A stretch of DNA of 20,000 nt, taken from Trichinella spiralis. Lineage: Eukaryota. The notes beneath the pieces are model-generated. The model worked only from the letters and a program-made list of their open reading frames with translations, had not been told where the DNA came from and made no database searches. The stretch covers positions 2,163,571 through 2,183,570 of the forward strand of contig NW_003526941.1 of the NCBI RefSeq assembly GCF_000181795.1, given 5' to 3'. This document shows positions 19,680 to 20,000 of the stretch, piece by piece. The stretch's first letter is position 1, and every line of letters starts with the position of its first letter. Made by a program: the position numbers and the translations under genes.

Positions 19680-20000
19680 GCAAATTTTGCCGGAGGCGTA
19701 GCCCAAAGCATAGCCTGAGTGCAAATTTTTTTTAAATTTGCCTGCAGCATAGCCTAGGGCTTAGCCTGCGGCTATCGTTTTGAAAATCTCGCTATTTTTT
19801 GGAATTTACGGAAATTTTGCCGGAGGCATAGCCCCAAGCATAGCCTGAGGGCAAATATTTTTTTAAATTTGCCTGAAGCATAGCCTGAAGGGAAATGTTT
19901 TTTCAAAAATAGCCTAGGGCATAGCCTGAGGGTAAATATTTTTTTAATTTTGCCTCAAGCGTAGCCTGGGGCGTAGCCCCCGGCTATCTTTGAAAATCTC
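19680..20000. repeat. Complex satellite/tandem repeat built from 12-bp GCATAGCCTGAG-like subunits and AAAT-T(n)-AAATTT spacers, about 130-bp higher-order period
   Basis: aaattttgccggaggc(g/a)tagccc recurs at about 19682 and 19812; cggctatc..tttgaaaatctc recurs at about 19768 and 19981. Eleven TAGCC cores, mostly in pairs 12 bp apart. Runs off the window end. Confidence 0.85.

Noticed and set aside
19396..19701. Pro/Ser-rich minus ORF and Gly/Arg-rich plus ORF
   Set aside because: By-products of the G/A low-complexity tract.
19680..20000. Repeat-spacer-like appearance (CRISPR-like)
   Set aside because: Eukaryotic context, the spacers are themselves repeated, and there are no cas genes; this is a satellite.

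Overview
Eukaryotic, AT-rich genomic DNA with short GT-AG introns (several 49-66 nt) and TTTCAG-type acceptors. It looks like a nematode, most likely clade I such as Trichinella (inference). Left to right: (1) the first four coding exons of a Flamingo/CELSR adhesion-GPCR cadherin gene on the minus strand (ATG at 7882; nine cadherin repeats, the Flamingo box and the first EGF; the gene continues off the left edge). (2) Upstream on the same strand, a papain-family (C1A) cathepsin gene that I can splice by hand into a phase-consistent 10-exon, 705-aa model (13205..9484). It has a long signal peptide, a glycosylated linker, two degenerate PAN/apple-like modules, a furin-type RQRR site, an I29 ERFNIN propeptide, an intact Cys/His/Asn catalytic domain and a Cys-containing C-terminal tail. 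This architecture is the most unusual thing in the window. (3) A dead, internally deleted piggyBac element (about 14763-16340) with palindromic subterminal inverted repeats. (4) A 908-bp inter-gap contig that is a progressively degrading duplicate of that element, probably an assembly artefact. (5) A purine-rich tract and a TAGCC-based satellite at the right end.
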